Below, one piece after another: positions 11,700-22,608 of a stretch of DNA of 64,000 nucleotides. The position numbers were made by a program, and so were the translations under genes. The DNA comes from Octopus sinensis (taxonomy: Eukaryota), in the NCBI RefSeq assembly GCF_006345805.1, contig NC_043003.1, positions 10,602,001 to 10,666,000 of the forward strand, written 5' to 3'. Positions within the stretch are counted from its first letter, which is position 1, and each line of letters opens with the position of its first letter. The notes under the pieces are model-generated. The model saw nothing but the letters and a program-made list of their open reading frames with translations, was not told where the DNA came from and did no database searches.

Positions 11700-12750
11700 T
11701 TTTTTTCTGTTTTTCTGGTTTCTAATGGGGAGGTTTTGATCTTGTGCTGCAATTAAAAATCTTTCACTCTCTGCTTAGAGTCCCAAGCTTCTCAACCATT
11801 GTTGGAATTTTATTTTGTTTATTTCTTTTCTGCTATGTAAGGATTTTTCTTGCCTTTATCATGGCATTTTGTAGTTCCAGTTTTAGCTTAGATTTTAGTT
11901 GCTTTACAGCTTTTGTCTCGTTTTTCTTTTTTCATATTTATCAGGTATTATGACCTCTTCCTCATACTCTTCAACTTTTTTGAAGATGAAAAGCATTTTT
12001 GTTTTGTTCATGCTTGGTGGCTATTTGTATCAGTTTTCCTTGATTGTGAATCAGATATTTATCTAGTCTTATGGTGGATATTTTATAGTAGTTTCCCAGT
12101 TGAATAACGCCTCTACTACCGTCAATTTGTTGTATACATAAACTTTCTATATCAGATTTTGCGTAGTGTATTCTAAATTCCATCATAACTTTTTCTTGTT
12201 TTCCTGTCCAGTTTGGCTAGTTCATATAGCGTCCAGTTAAGAATATTATCAACTCTAACTCGTAATTGGGACAGCTAAAGTATCGATACCGATTATCTTA
12301 TTTTTCGCATTGAGCTCTGTTTTAAGAATTAATGTAATTCGTCTAAGATATTTCTTGTTATCATTTCTTTCATTTATGCCTGTTGTATCCTATCTAGTTC
12401 GTTGATTCCTAAGTATTTGTGTGTCGAGGTTTGGTGAAGTTCTCTTACTTCATTTTCTTTATTTAATATGAAATTGTTATCCTTTCTTCTTTTTCAAGGT
12501 TGCTTTGGGACATATAACTGAGCAGAATTTCATGTCTATTTCTTGGTAAATCCGTGTACTGTCTGTAGCAGTGTTTCTAGTTGTTTATCATTTGCATCAT
12601 ACGACTTCAGACCATCTATAAACAAGAGATTATCGATTGTTTTACCATAGCACTTATATCCACATACAGATCTGAGTAGCATGTTGGTTAAAGATGTCAA
12701 TACCAAACAAAAAGCGTGGAGAGCGCAAGTCTCCTTGGAATATCCCTACC
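11700..12750 (-). pseudogene. Decayed R4/Dong-clade non-LTR retrotransposon RT region
   Basis: Minus-strand motifs GIFQGDLRSP, GYKCYGKTIDNLLFIDGLKSYD (degenerate HLLYMDDLKLY), LRRITLILKTELNAKNKIIGIDTLAVPIT; many stops and frameshifts. Confidence 0.75.
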
Positions 12751-13236
12751 ATCATCATCATCATCATCAGTAGTAGTAGTAGTAGTAGTAGTTCTTTATT
12801 ACATAATGCGGCGTATGACTAGTGATTTCTAATTTCTTTCCATTAGGTCTGAAGGCGCCAAACAGTAAATTTCTTAGGGAATTGGTTCGTCCAAGAAATG
12901 TAAATTCCTATATTCTTTGGCTACCATGTCTAATTGATAGAAAGTACAACAAAAGACCGACAAGTATGGAGCCTCGTACTCTATGTACTCCTATCACAGT
13001 TACTCTGTTAGTAATAGTGATGATTCTTAACATTGGCACGAAACCACAAACTTCTGAGGTGGACTCAGTAACTTCAGTTCTTTCGTTGTACTATTTTATT
13101 GACCCAGGAAGGACGAAGAGAAAAGATACCACAAGTAAGAAACGAACACAAACAGGCAGTAATAATTAGAGATAAACATTTTTTTTTTGCCTGCTATTTT
13201 AAAGATTCTGTCATCTCTCACCCTTAATAATAATAA

Positions 13237-13652
13237 TGGACATTGTTGTAGCGAATAAAAAAGAAGGAATGTGTATGATAATCGACATAGCATGCCCCGG
13301 TGACGACAGGATCAATGTGAAAGAAGAGAAAATAAACGACTATGATGATTTGAAGAGGGAAATATGAGGGTTGTGAAGTGGGAAATACGAATGTGAAGAG
13401 AGTAGACGTGATACCAACAGTATTTGGTGCACTTGGAAGTATCAGCATTCAACCTGGCTGAAAAAGATTGGTGCAAGTGTGAAGGTAGAACACCTCCAAA
13501 TATCAGCATTGCTTGGAACTGCACAAATTCTTCACAAGGTTCTTGAAGCATGACCAGTAAACAAGTATCACCTTAGTCTGCTGGTTGTGGACAGCTGACA
13601 CTTCCCATCATACCCAGCAAAATAAGCTGAGTTTTTCATATAATAATAATAA
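13237..13652 (+). mobile_element. 5'-truncated R4/Dong-clade element (restriction-like endonuclease region) in a (TAA)n tract
   Basis: DIVVANKKEGMCMIIDIACPGDDRINVKEEK..YDDLKREI...VIPTVFGALGS...HLQISALLGTAQILHKVLEA-stop; (TAA)n on both sides, the known Dong target. Confidence 0.85.
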
Positions 13653-13683
13653 TGATGACGACGACGACGACGTCGTCGTCGTC

Positions 13684-14056
13684 GTCAAAATTAAAAGAAG
13701 AGTGCCGTTGTTATTTAGTGAACGATATTTCGACATCTTGTATGTCTTCATCTGGTTCAAAAAATAATTTTGTCAATCTACTTCGTTTTGGTTAATATAG
13801 AAAGGATTGAGGTAACACCTCCAGAAGATATTGAGTCAAAATTAAAAGAAGAGTGCCATTGACTCTATATCTTCTGGAGGAGTTACCTCAATCCTTTCCA
13901 TATTAACCAAAATGAAGTAGATTGACAAATTTATTTTTTGAACCAGTTGAAGACACACAAGATATCGAAATATCGTTCACTAGATAACAATGGCAGACTT
14001 CTTTTAATTTTGACTATATATCTTCAGGAGGAGTTTCCTCAATCCTTTATATATTA
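13684..14056. mobile_element. Fold-back element made of a 151-bp unit containing a minimal hammerhead-like motif
   Basis: Unit start GTCAAAATTAAAAGAAGAGTGCC at 13684 and 13835; 13861-14056 is the reverse complement; minus strand reads GAAC-CAGATGA-A-GACAT acaag ATGTC-GAAA-T-ATC-GTTC. Confidence 0.75.
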
Positions 14057-14228
14057 ATAATAATAATGGTAGTTTCAACAATTTCGGGGAAGATGTTAAG
14101 TCTATTTTATCGATTCCAGTGTTCAGATGGTACTTATTTTATCGACCTCGAAAGAACGAAATTTGAACTCAGAACGATTTTGCCAGCTAACCGCTTTCAT
14201 TTTTCATACAATATTAATGGGTTCATTT

Positions 14229-14445
14229 AAGGCGGCGAGCTGGCAGAATCGTTAGCACGCCGGGCAAAATGCTTAGCAGCATTTCGTCCGTCTTTACGTT
14301 CTGAGTTCAATTGCCACCGAAGTAGACTGTGCCTTTCATTTTTTTTTCAGGATCTATAAAATAAGTACCTGTTGAGTACAGGCGTCGATGTAATCGACTT
14401 ACTCCCTCCCACGAAATTACTGGCCTTGTGCCAAAATGTGAAATT
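14229..14445 (+). mobile_element. Full-length family 2 SINE
   Basis: AAGGCGGCGAGCTGGCAGAATCGTTAGCACGCCGGGC...GTTCTGAGTTCAA...AAGTACCTGTTGAGTACAGGCGTCGATGTAATCGACTT...GGCCTTGTGCCAAAATGTGAAA. Confidence 0.85.
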
Positions 14446-14944
14446 CTCTGAAATAAAGAGGTAGATTTTGGCACACAAAATAGCAATTAAAAGTCTTATG
14501 TTTTATATATAATTTTTATTTGTTTTTATTTTTTCCATACCTAATCCAGAACTCACACAGTTCCGAATTCAGTTCACACCGGGGATTAATGAAACAAGTA
14601 CCTGTAATATACTGGTACACAGTTAATACACTAAGAAGCTCTATACCTTATGACTAATAACAAACACACATGAAAGGATAATCTGCGGCAGGAACTCTAA
14701 AATGATCTGAGTACACAAACTAACTTTGACTCAATTTTATTTCATTGATATTACTATTATTCATAGTAAGGGCATGAACATCACAACTCTTCGTGTGACT
14801 TTCAATTAAATGCTTAGGCTGCAAACTACATAGGTGTCTTTATTCTATATCTTGTTTCAGTCATTGGATTGCAGCCATACTAGGCACTGCTTTGGAGGGT
14901 TTAGCTGAGGAAATTGAACCCCTATATATTCTTTTCCACTTTAA

Positions 14945-15147
14945 GCAAAAGACCCTAAATTTTAGCGGATGGGGTCATTTGATTAGATCAACCCCAGTTA
15001 CGCAACGGGTACTTAATTTATCGACCCCGAAAGGATGAAAGGTAGAGTCGACCTCAGCGGAACTTGAACTCAGAACGTAAAGACAGACGAAATACCGCTA
15101 AGCATTTCGCCCGACGTGCGAACGTTTCTGCCAGCTCGCCACCTTAA
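14945..15147 (-). mobile_element. Family 2 SINE
   Basis: Reverse complement of the 14229 element; 3' part repeated at ~15255-15335. Confidence 0.85.
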
Positions 15148-16149
15148 AATATTTGTATTAGGTGTCACGCTTTGGAATCGAACTCGAGATGTCATAATTG
15201 GCTATACTGCATTCCCCAAAACAGTAATTGAACCCCAACATATTCTTTTCTACTCTAAGCACAAGGCCCTAAATTTTGTGGGAGGGGGGCAGTCGATTAG
15301 ATCAACCCCAATTACGCAACGGGTACTTAATTTAACAGTAATTGAACCCCTGGGTATTTTTAATGTTTGGTACTTATTCTATTGGTCTCTTTTTTTTCAA
15401 ACCACTAAATTATGGGAACAGACACAAACCAACACCGGTTTCAAGTAGTAGAGGGGGACAAACACACACACACATTAAAGAATATACCATAACTAGACAC
15501 CAATATTTAAGCATTATCCAAACTAATTAGGTGATCAATGAAGAAAACCAAACGATATCCAAGTAAGCAATCCCTACAAACTATGAACCCACAAATGCTT
15601 TCCCCTTTACGAGAATGAAGGACAATCAAGAAGAACGATTCCAAGCTATAAGAAATTCACAGTCGAGCATATGTGTACTCCCATCATCAGCTGCCCAAAT
15701 GGATATCACTACGGTTTCGACACCTGGACAGTACCATTCAATCTGGTGGTGTCCACAGCATCGAAAGTATAAACGCTGCTGAGGCTTTCACACAGTTTCC
15801 AGCTAATAAATTGGTCAGCCCAGTGCTATAGAAGACACTAGTATAAGATGTTGTACAGTGGAAATGAACCGGAAGCTATGGTTACAAAATGAACTTCTTA
15901 ACCGCACAGTCATGACTGCAAAAAAATATTACATTCGCAGGAATATTCTACAAATTCAAAGCTTGCAGACGATGGCAGTAAGTTTTATGATATCTTTTTA
16001 TTTCCCTTTTCATGACAGTTAGAGACCTCCCTAAAATAGCTGCTCAACTATGAAATGAATAAATTGCTATTATTGTTTAGCCCTTGGTTGGCTCCAGTTG
16101 AGTAAACCTGCAGTCATAGGCCTTAAAGCCATAATCATCTAGTTATTTT

Positions 16150-16504
16150 CTAAATGAGACAACTGGACGCAGCTGTTTGGATGCTGACGATCTGGCACGG
16201 CTGACTGGGCATTAAACCTGTTTTGGTAACAGTGCTTTTTTGCACTAGAGGCAAACACACGCGCACAGGCAAAAATACGCACATATAGACAGAGCAATAT
16301 TACAACTTATTTATTAAACACTTTCCCTCTCCTCATACACAGGAAGGGATATATGCTCACACACATAAACAGAGAGGATAAGAAAGGAAGAGAGAAATGG
16401 GGAGAAGAGAAGCATTAAAACATCTGCTGTCAAATAAGTCAGCATCTAATCAGCAATGCTGAATAGGCAGCGCCAAAACGGCTGTGCCAAAATGTCCCAT
16501 AGCC
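16150..16504. mobile_element. Mutator-like (MULE) MITE
   Basis: 9-bp direct repeat AGTTATTTT at 16141-16149 and 16505-16513; degenerate TIRs TGAGACAACTGGACGCAGCTGTTTGGATGCTG vs reverse-complement TGGGACATTTTGGCACAGCCGTTTTGGCGCTG. Confidence 0.6.
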
Positions 16505-16829
16505 AGTTATTTTTATAAGATATTGTGCATTTTGGACCACATTGTACTTGATATATTTGTCTTGGTCGATTTTTTGAAGACAGTGTCATGTGATTTGGGG
16601 GAGGGTGACTGCCATGGATAGTCTGTTTGGTGCGAATTCAGTCAGTTTGTTTAGAGAAGTAGAACGGTAATCAATGTATACGAATTTTAGATCAACAACC
16701 AAGACCAAAGGGTTTTAATTATTTTATTGTTCTTTTGAAGATGTTTTGGTCACTTATTTCTATTGTTGACTTCTATACTGATATTTTTCTGTTTCCAACT
16801 GGTTTAATGACACTATTCGTACATTAAAT

Positions 16830-16861
<32 letters not shown>

Positions 16862-17324
16862 CTGTGTATGTGTGTGTGCATATGTGTGAATGTGTGTACA
16901 CACACACATATACACACACGCACACAATGACATTGAAAAGATTAAGAGGTTTCATGAGAGTAAATTTATATTAAAAAGCATAAGAGGAAATGCTTTCATG
17001 GATGAAAGTATTTACATTTCTGTCAAAATATGCTACCGGTTTCAATTGCTTAAAATAGTTGATTATGTCATGCTGAAATAAAAGGAAAAATTAATTGAAC
17101 TGATATCATGAGATTTTAATTTATTTCAATTTAATTTCCTTCCAATTTCAGCAAGATTTAATCATCTTTTTAAATTATTAAAACTAGCAGCATATTTTGA
17201 TAAAAGTATAAATACTTTCTTTTATCCATGATAAATTTCTCAATGGATTTCTTCTTTTAAATTATATATATATATCTGTAGTGTATTATATATATTATAT
17301 ATATTATATATGTGTGTAGTGTAC

Positions 17325-17366
<42 letters not shown>

Positions 17367-17900
17367 TAATCTGAGCATGAAACTTATGGTAGCTCACATT
17401 TCAATCTTGTGCTTAATATAATATAATATAATATAATATATAAATATATATGTATATGTATGTATGTATGTATATGTGTATATAGATATAGATATATATA
17501 TATATATATATATACACACCTGGTTACAGATCAGAACCTTTACCTCTCGTGTAAGGTCTCAACACTCTTTACCACTATGCTATATAATGATATAATTTAA
17601 TGAAATTTTATTCAAATATGAATACATTTCCTTCAATATAAATAAACATTTTGCGTGGACAGCCAGATGTGGAACATGTGTGTATGTGCAAGAATGGGCT
17701 TCCTGAAACAACTAGAGACTATATCAGAGAAAATGGAGTGAAGCACTTAGAATAATATGGTTAACAGACAAGAAACCTATCAATAGTTTCTATTAAACAC
17801 TATATAATACATGCTTATATATATATATATATATATATACACATACATACATACATATATGTATATATATATTTATATATATATATATATATCCCGATCC

Positions 17901-19713
17901 CTTATATATCCCCCGATCCCTTATCTGGTGGGCAATGAGGAAACTAGGGATAGATGAATGGTTAGTGAGAGCTGTGCGGGCCATGTACAGGGACGCCGCT
18001 AGTAGGGTGAGGGTTGGAAATGTGTACAGTGAAGAATTCCGGGTAGAGGTAGGAGTCCACCAAGGCTCAGTACTCAGCCCCCTCCTATTTATCATAGTCC
18101 TCCAGGCAATAACGGAGGAATTCAAGACAGGATGCCCTTGGAGCTCCTCTATGCTGATGACCTTGCTCTAATTGCTGAGTCGCTATCAGAACTGGAGGAG
18201 AAGTTTCAGGTGTGGAAACAAGGATTAGAATCGAAGGGCCTCAGAGTCAATCTAGCTAAAACCAAAGTCGTAATCAGTAGGAAGGTAGACAAATCACAAA
18301 CACCTTCAGGTAAATGGCCCTGCTCGATCTGTAGAAAAGGTGTAGGTAGAAACTCTATAAGATGCACCAAGTGTAAGCTATGGACACATAAGAGATGCAG
18401 CAATGTCAAAGGAAGGCTAACTAGGAAGATGGTTTTTGTATGTGGCAGATGCTCAGGAACAATAAACACTGAAAATGCTCTGAGACCAACTTCCGTCACT
18501 TTCCAGGGAGAAAAACTAGAAATAGTTGATAGTTTCCGTTACCTAGGTGACCAAGTCAGCAGCGGCGGCGAGTGTGCTGAAAGTGTAACTGCTAGAGTAA
18601 GAATAGCTTGGGCAAAGTTCAGAGAGCTCTTACCTCTGCTGGTGACAAAAGGCCTCTCGCACAGAGTGAAAGGCAGACTGTATGATGCGTGTGTACGAAC
18701 AGCCATGCTACATGGCAGTGAAACATGGGCCGTGACTGCTGAGGATATGCATAAGCTCGCTAGAAATGAGCCAGTATGCTCCGATGGATGTGTAATGCCG
18801 GTACTCACACTCGGCAGAGTGTAAGTACCTTGAGAGAAAAGCTGGACCTAAGAAGCATCAGTTGTGGTGTGCAAGAGAGACGTTTGCGCTGGTATGGTCA
18901 TGTGGCGAGAATGGATGAAGATAGTTGTGTGAAAAAGTGCCACACCCTAGCGGTTGAGGGAACCTGTGGAAGAGGCAGACCCAGGAAAACCTGGGTCGAG
19001 GTGGTGAAGCACGACCTTCGAACTTTAGGTCTCACTGAGGAAATGACTAGAGACCGAGACCTCTGGAAGCGTGCTGTGCGCGAGAAGACCCGGCAGGACA
19101 AGTGAGTTCATAACCCGTGGCCTTCTACATGGGATGGAGCCAGCCTACGTATGCATACCTTCCTTCTTGGACACAAAACTCTACTTGTGAAGACGTGATG
19201 AGGCAAGTGAGGATCAGAATCGAAATCGATCAATGGAAATTGCGGATGTGCTACCAGTGCCGGTGGCATGTCAAAACTCTGCTTGTGAAGACCCGTTGAG
19301 GCAAGTGACGATCAGAATCGAAATCGATCAATGGAAATCGATCAATGGAAATTGCAGATGTGTTACCAGTGCCGGTGGCATGTAAGAGAACTTTCCGTTT
19401 CGCGACCGTTGCCAGCACCGCCCCGTTTCGTTCCGTTGCCAGCCTCGCCTGGCCCTCGTGCCGGTGGCACATAAAAAGCACCATCCGTTCGTGGCCGTTT
19501 GCCAGCTCTGTCTGGCACCAGTGCGGGTGGCACGTAAAAAGCACCCACTACACTCACGGAGTGGTTGGCGTTAGGAAGGGCATCCAGCCGTAGAAACACT
19601 GCCAGATCTGACTGGGCCTGATGAAGCCTTCTGGCTTCACAGACCCCTGTAGAACCATCCAACCCATGCTAGCATGGAAAACGGACGCTAAACGATGATG
19701 ATGATGATGATGA

Positions 19714-19716
<3 letters not shown>
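17901..19716 (+). mobile_element. 5'-truncated RTE-clade LINE inserted in a (TA)n tract
   Basis: RT motifs GVHQGSVLSPLLF, YADD, FRYLG, HGSETW, RLRWYGHVARM, RGRPRKTW; ~600-bp 3' UTR ending CCAACCCATGCTAGCATGGAAAACGGACGCTAAAC(GAT)n; (TA)n on both flanks. Confidence 0.95.
17902..19105 (+). pseudogene. RTE reverse transcriptase ORF (partial, two frameshifts) with inserted PHD-type zinc finger
   Basis: ORFs 17935-18171, 18132-18824 and 18776-19105 join via apparent single-base deletions near 18139 (GCPW/ELLYADD) and 18769 (RNE/SMLRWMC); C4HC3 motif at 18321-18452. Confidence 0.9.
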
Positions 19717-19782
<66 letters not shown>

Positions 19783-19833
19783 TATATATATAAATATATA
19801 TGAGAGAGCGATAGAGTGACATATGTATATAAT

Positions 19834-19903
<70 letters not shown>

Positions 19904-20135
19904 TATTATATTATATATATAATATTTAATCCATAATTGTTGGTCCAAGGAAAATATATATTGTTTGGTCTATGGCGCTTCAGGAAAATAAAGATATTTT
20001 GCTAGACTAAGAATTTTGGATTAAATATTTTATTCACTCTCAGACTTTGAGTTCTTTATTCTAAGTGGCTGGACATAACTTCTTTTGAACTTGTCACCCC
20101 ACTGGAATGAATATATATGTACATACATACATATA

Positions 20136-20698
20136 CACCTTCTCTTCAACTTACGACCGAGTTCCGTTCTGACTGACCAGGTTGTAAGTCAACGTGGTTA
20201 TATGTCAGGTTTATATTTTTCAACACTCTTTTTATTGATACTTGAAAGAGACTGAGTGAGAGACAGTGGCTGGCATGAATGCCTGTGTCTGAGGGAGGCC
20301 TGCGTTTCCAGATGCTGCCATAGTTATTGTACACCCACCTGTCCAATGTCTGAAAATCAATTTTTTTTATTTATTTAAATATTCTATAATATTTGTTACT
20401 GTTTGGGAGATCTTTATGGTAGTAGAAAAGGCATTTAAACTCCTATTTCTAAATATGATGCGCGGTGAGGCAATTAGCTGACCCCTAGTTTTAATTATGT
20501 TTATAATTATAGAATATCTGTATGATTTTACCTAAAAAGGTTATTTTAAGGTACCGAACTACTTTTTAAAATAATTAATTATTAATTAATTAATTGATTG
20601 ATCAATTAGTTAATTAATTTTACCCTTTTATTATTTTTTTTTTATTTATTTATTTTTGTGATTGTAAGTGCAGACGGCCGTAAGTCGAAGAGAAGGTG
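20136..20698. mobile_element. pogo/Tigger-like MITE (Tc1/mariner superfamily)
   Basis: TIRs CACCTTCTCTTCAACTTACGACC and GGCCGTAAGTCGAAGAGAAGGTG (2 mismatches in 23), flanked by TA at 20134-20135 and 20699-20700; no ORF. Confidence 0.85.
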
Positions 20699-21185
20699 TA
20701 TATATTTCTGTACATATGATTTTGAACTGATGGAAACAATTTTTGGACGAATTTGGATAATTTAAAATGCATGAATATTTGCAGGATTATTTGGAGCAAA
20801 CATTTTCATGTTGCCTGTTGACATTGCTTCATAAATGCTAACCATTCTTATTAACTACTACTAAAGCAGGAGAAAGTAGTATTCTAAATATCACAGCTGT
20901 TATAGAGTTAAGCAAGTAAAATAACTGTGCCTAACCAAGGAACACTGCATGGCTTGTACCGATCACCAGTTTGGTTTCGAACCCATCACTAATTGCTTAA
21001 CTATTATGGTTCTCTAAACAAATTTAATGCTTAAAACTACAAAAAAAACATAAAAACAATCTCTAACGTTGCAACAATTGTCATTCATGTGTGTTCGGGC
21101 TTAGGATTTCGATTTAATTTTTTTTTTTTTTTTTTTTTGATAAAGTAGTGGTTATGAGTGAAGTGATATTCAAGGTGAGAACTTG

Positions 21186-21819
21186 TTTAGAGAATGGACT
21201 TGTTTGGAACAAACATTTTGTTTTCTCCTACCCAACCCAATCAGTAAGACTCTATTGGGAAAAGGGAGTTTTCTAGATAAAAAAATCACTTAGAAGACAG
21301 AAGTCATTATCTAATAAAAAAAAAATGCTTAAAATGTATATATATCCATCATCAAAAATGGTTTGGTCATAGTGAAGGAGTCATTCATTGCCAACAAATA
21401 AGAGCACTGATGATTAGACAATTACGCATTGCATCTCAATGAGCAAGTAAATTGTAACAAATTTGAAGACTATAACAGTTTTCTCAGAAATGACAAATCA
21501 TTTTAGAGAATGGACTTGTTTGGAATAAACATTTTTTCTCCTACCGAACCCAATCAGTAAGACTCTGTTGGGAAAAGGGAGTATTCTAGATAAGAAAATC
21601 ACTTAGAAGACAGAAGTCATTATCTAATAAAAAAAAAAAGATGCTTGAAATGTATATATCCATCATCAGAAATGGTTTTGTTCATAGTGAAGGAGTCGTT
21701 CATTGCCAACACATAAGAGCACTGATGATTAGACAATTACGTATTACATCTAAATGAGAAAATAAACTGTAACAAATTTGAAGACTATAACAGTTTTCTC
21801 AGAAATGACAAATCATTTT
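21186..21819 (+). repeat. Tandem duplication of a ~316-bp unit
   Basis: TTTAGAGAATGGACTTGTTTGGAA...CTCAGAAATGACAAATCATT occurs at ~21186-21501 and ~21502-21819 with scattered differences. Confidence 0.9.
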
Positions 21820-22608
21820 GGAGGGAAATTAAAATATTGGAGAGAATTTAAAATTAGTAAAAAATAGAGACTTTGAAAAAAATAACACAAATCTTTCAGA
21901 AAGAAAGAAAATGAGGAAGAATGAGAGAGTAGAAAGGACTGGGGTAATATGAACCATTGTGTAACAGACACAACAAGTGAACAGAGGAGTGTTCATTTCA
22001 TCAAGTGAACAGAGCAGTGTTCATTTCAATCAGTGAACTAAAAGTATGTCCATTGTACTCCAACAAACGATTCAGCATGTTGTTTTCCCGGTCGCTTTCA
22101 TCCAAAAGATCGACATTGAGGTCGATGGAAACAGGCCTTAAGTTTGACAGTGCTGGCTTTGGTAAAGGCCATGGAAGGGAAGTGCACAGATGAAACCGGT
22201 GAAGCTGGAAATAGAAATGAAAAACAATTATAATCAAAGCCAAGCAGAAAGCAAAGAAGGCAATATTCATGAAAATCATCAACATTTGATGTCCACTTTT
22301 CTATGCTTTCATGGGTCAGAAAGGATTTGTTGGGGGCAGATTTTCAAAAGACTCTTAACAAAAGCAAAATTCATATCAGAAAAAGAAATAATGCAGGTCA
22401 CAAACTGTATAGACCCTTGTGGGATGTGTGAAATAATAACCAAAAGATTCAAAACTGGGAAGGGATTAAAGGTTAATGCAAATATAAAATCTAAAACAAA
22501 AAAAAACGTTTCATTTCTTACATCACATGCCCACAATGCAATGAGAATTATATTAGTCAAACAGGATCAAAAAATCAGGTTAGAGTACATAAGCAACAGA
22601 TCAAACCT
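21186..22608 (+). pseudogene. Highly decayed RTE-like LINE 3' region with C-terminal C2H2-like fingers
   Basis: Fragments KWFGH, NDKSFWREI, DFEKNNTNLSERKKMRK, then CEIITKRFKTGKGLKVN and CPQCNENYISQTGSKNQVRVH in different frames. Confidence 0.45.

Noticed and set aside
19240-19560. CRISPR-like repeat-spacer look of the GTGCCGGTGGCACGTAAAAAGCACC modules
   Set aside because: Eukaryotic LINE 3' UTR, spacers related to each other and irregular, no cas genes
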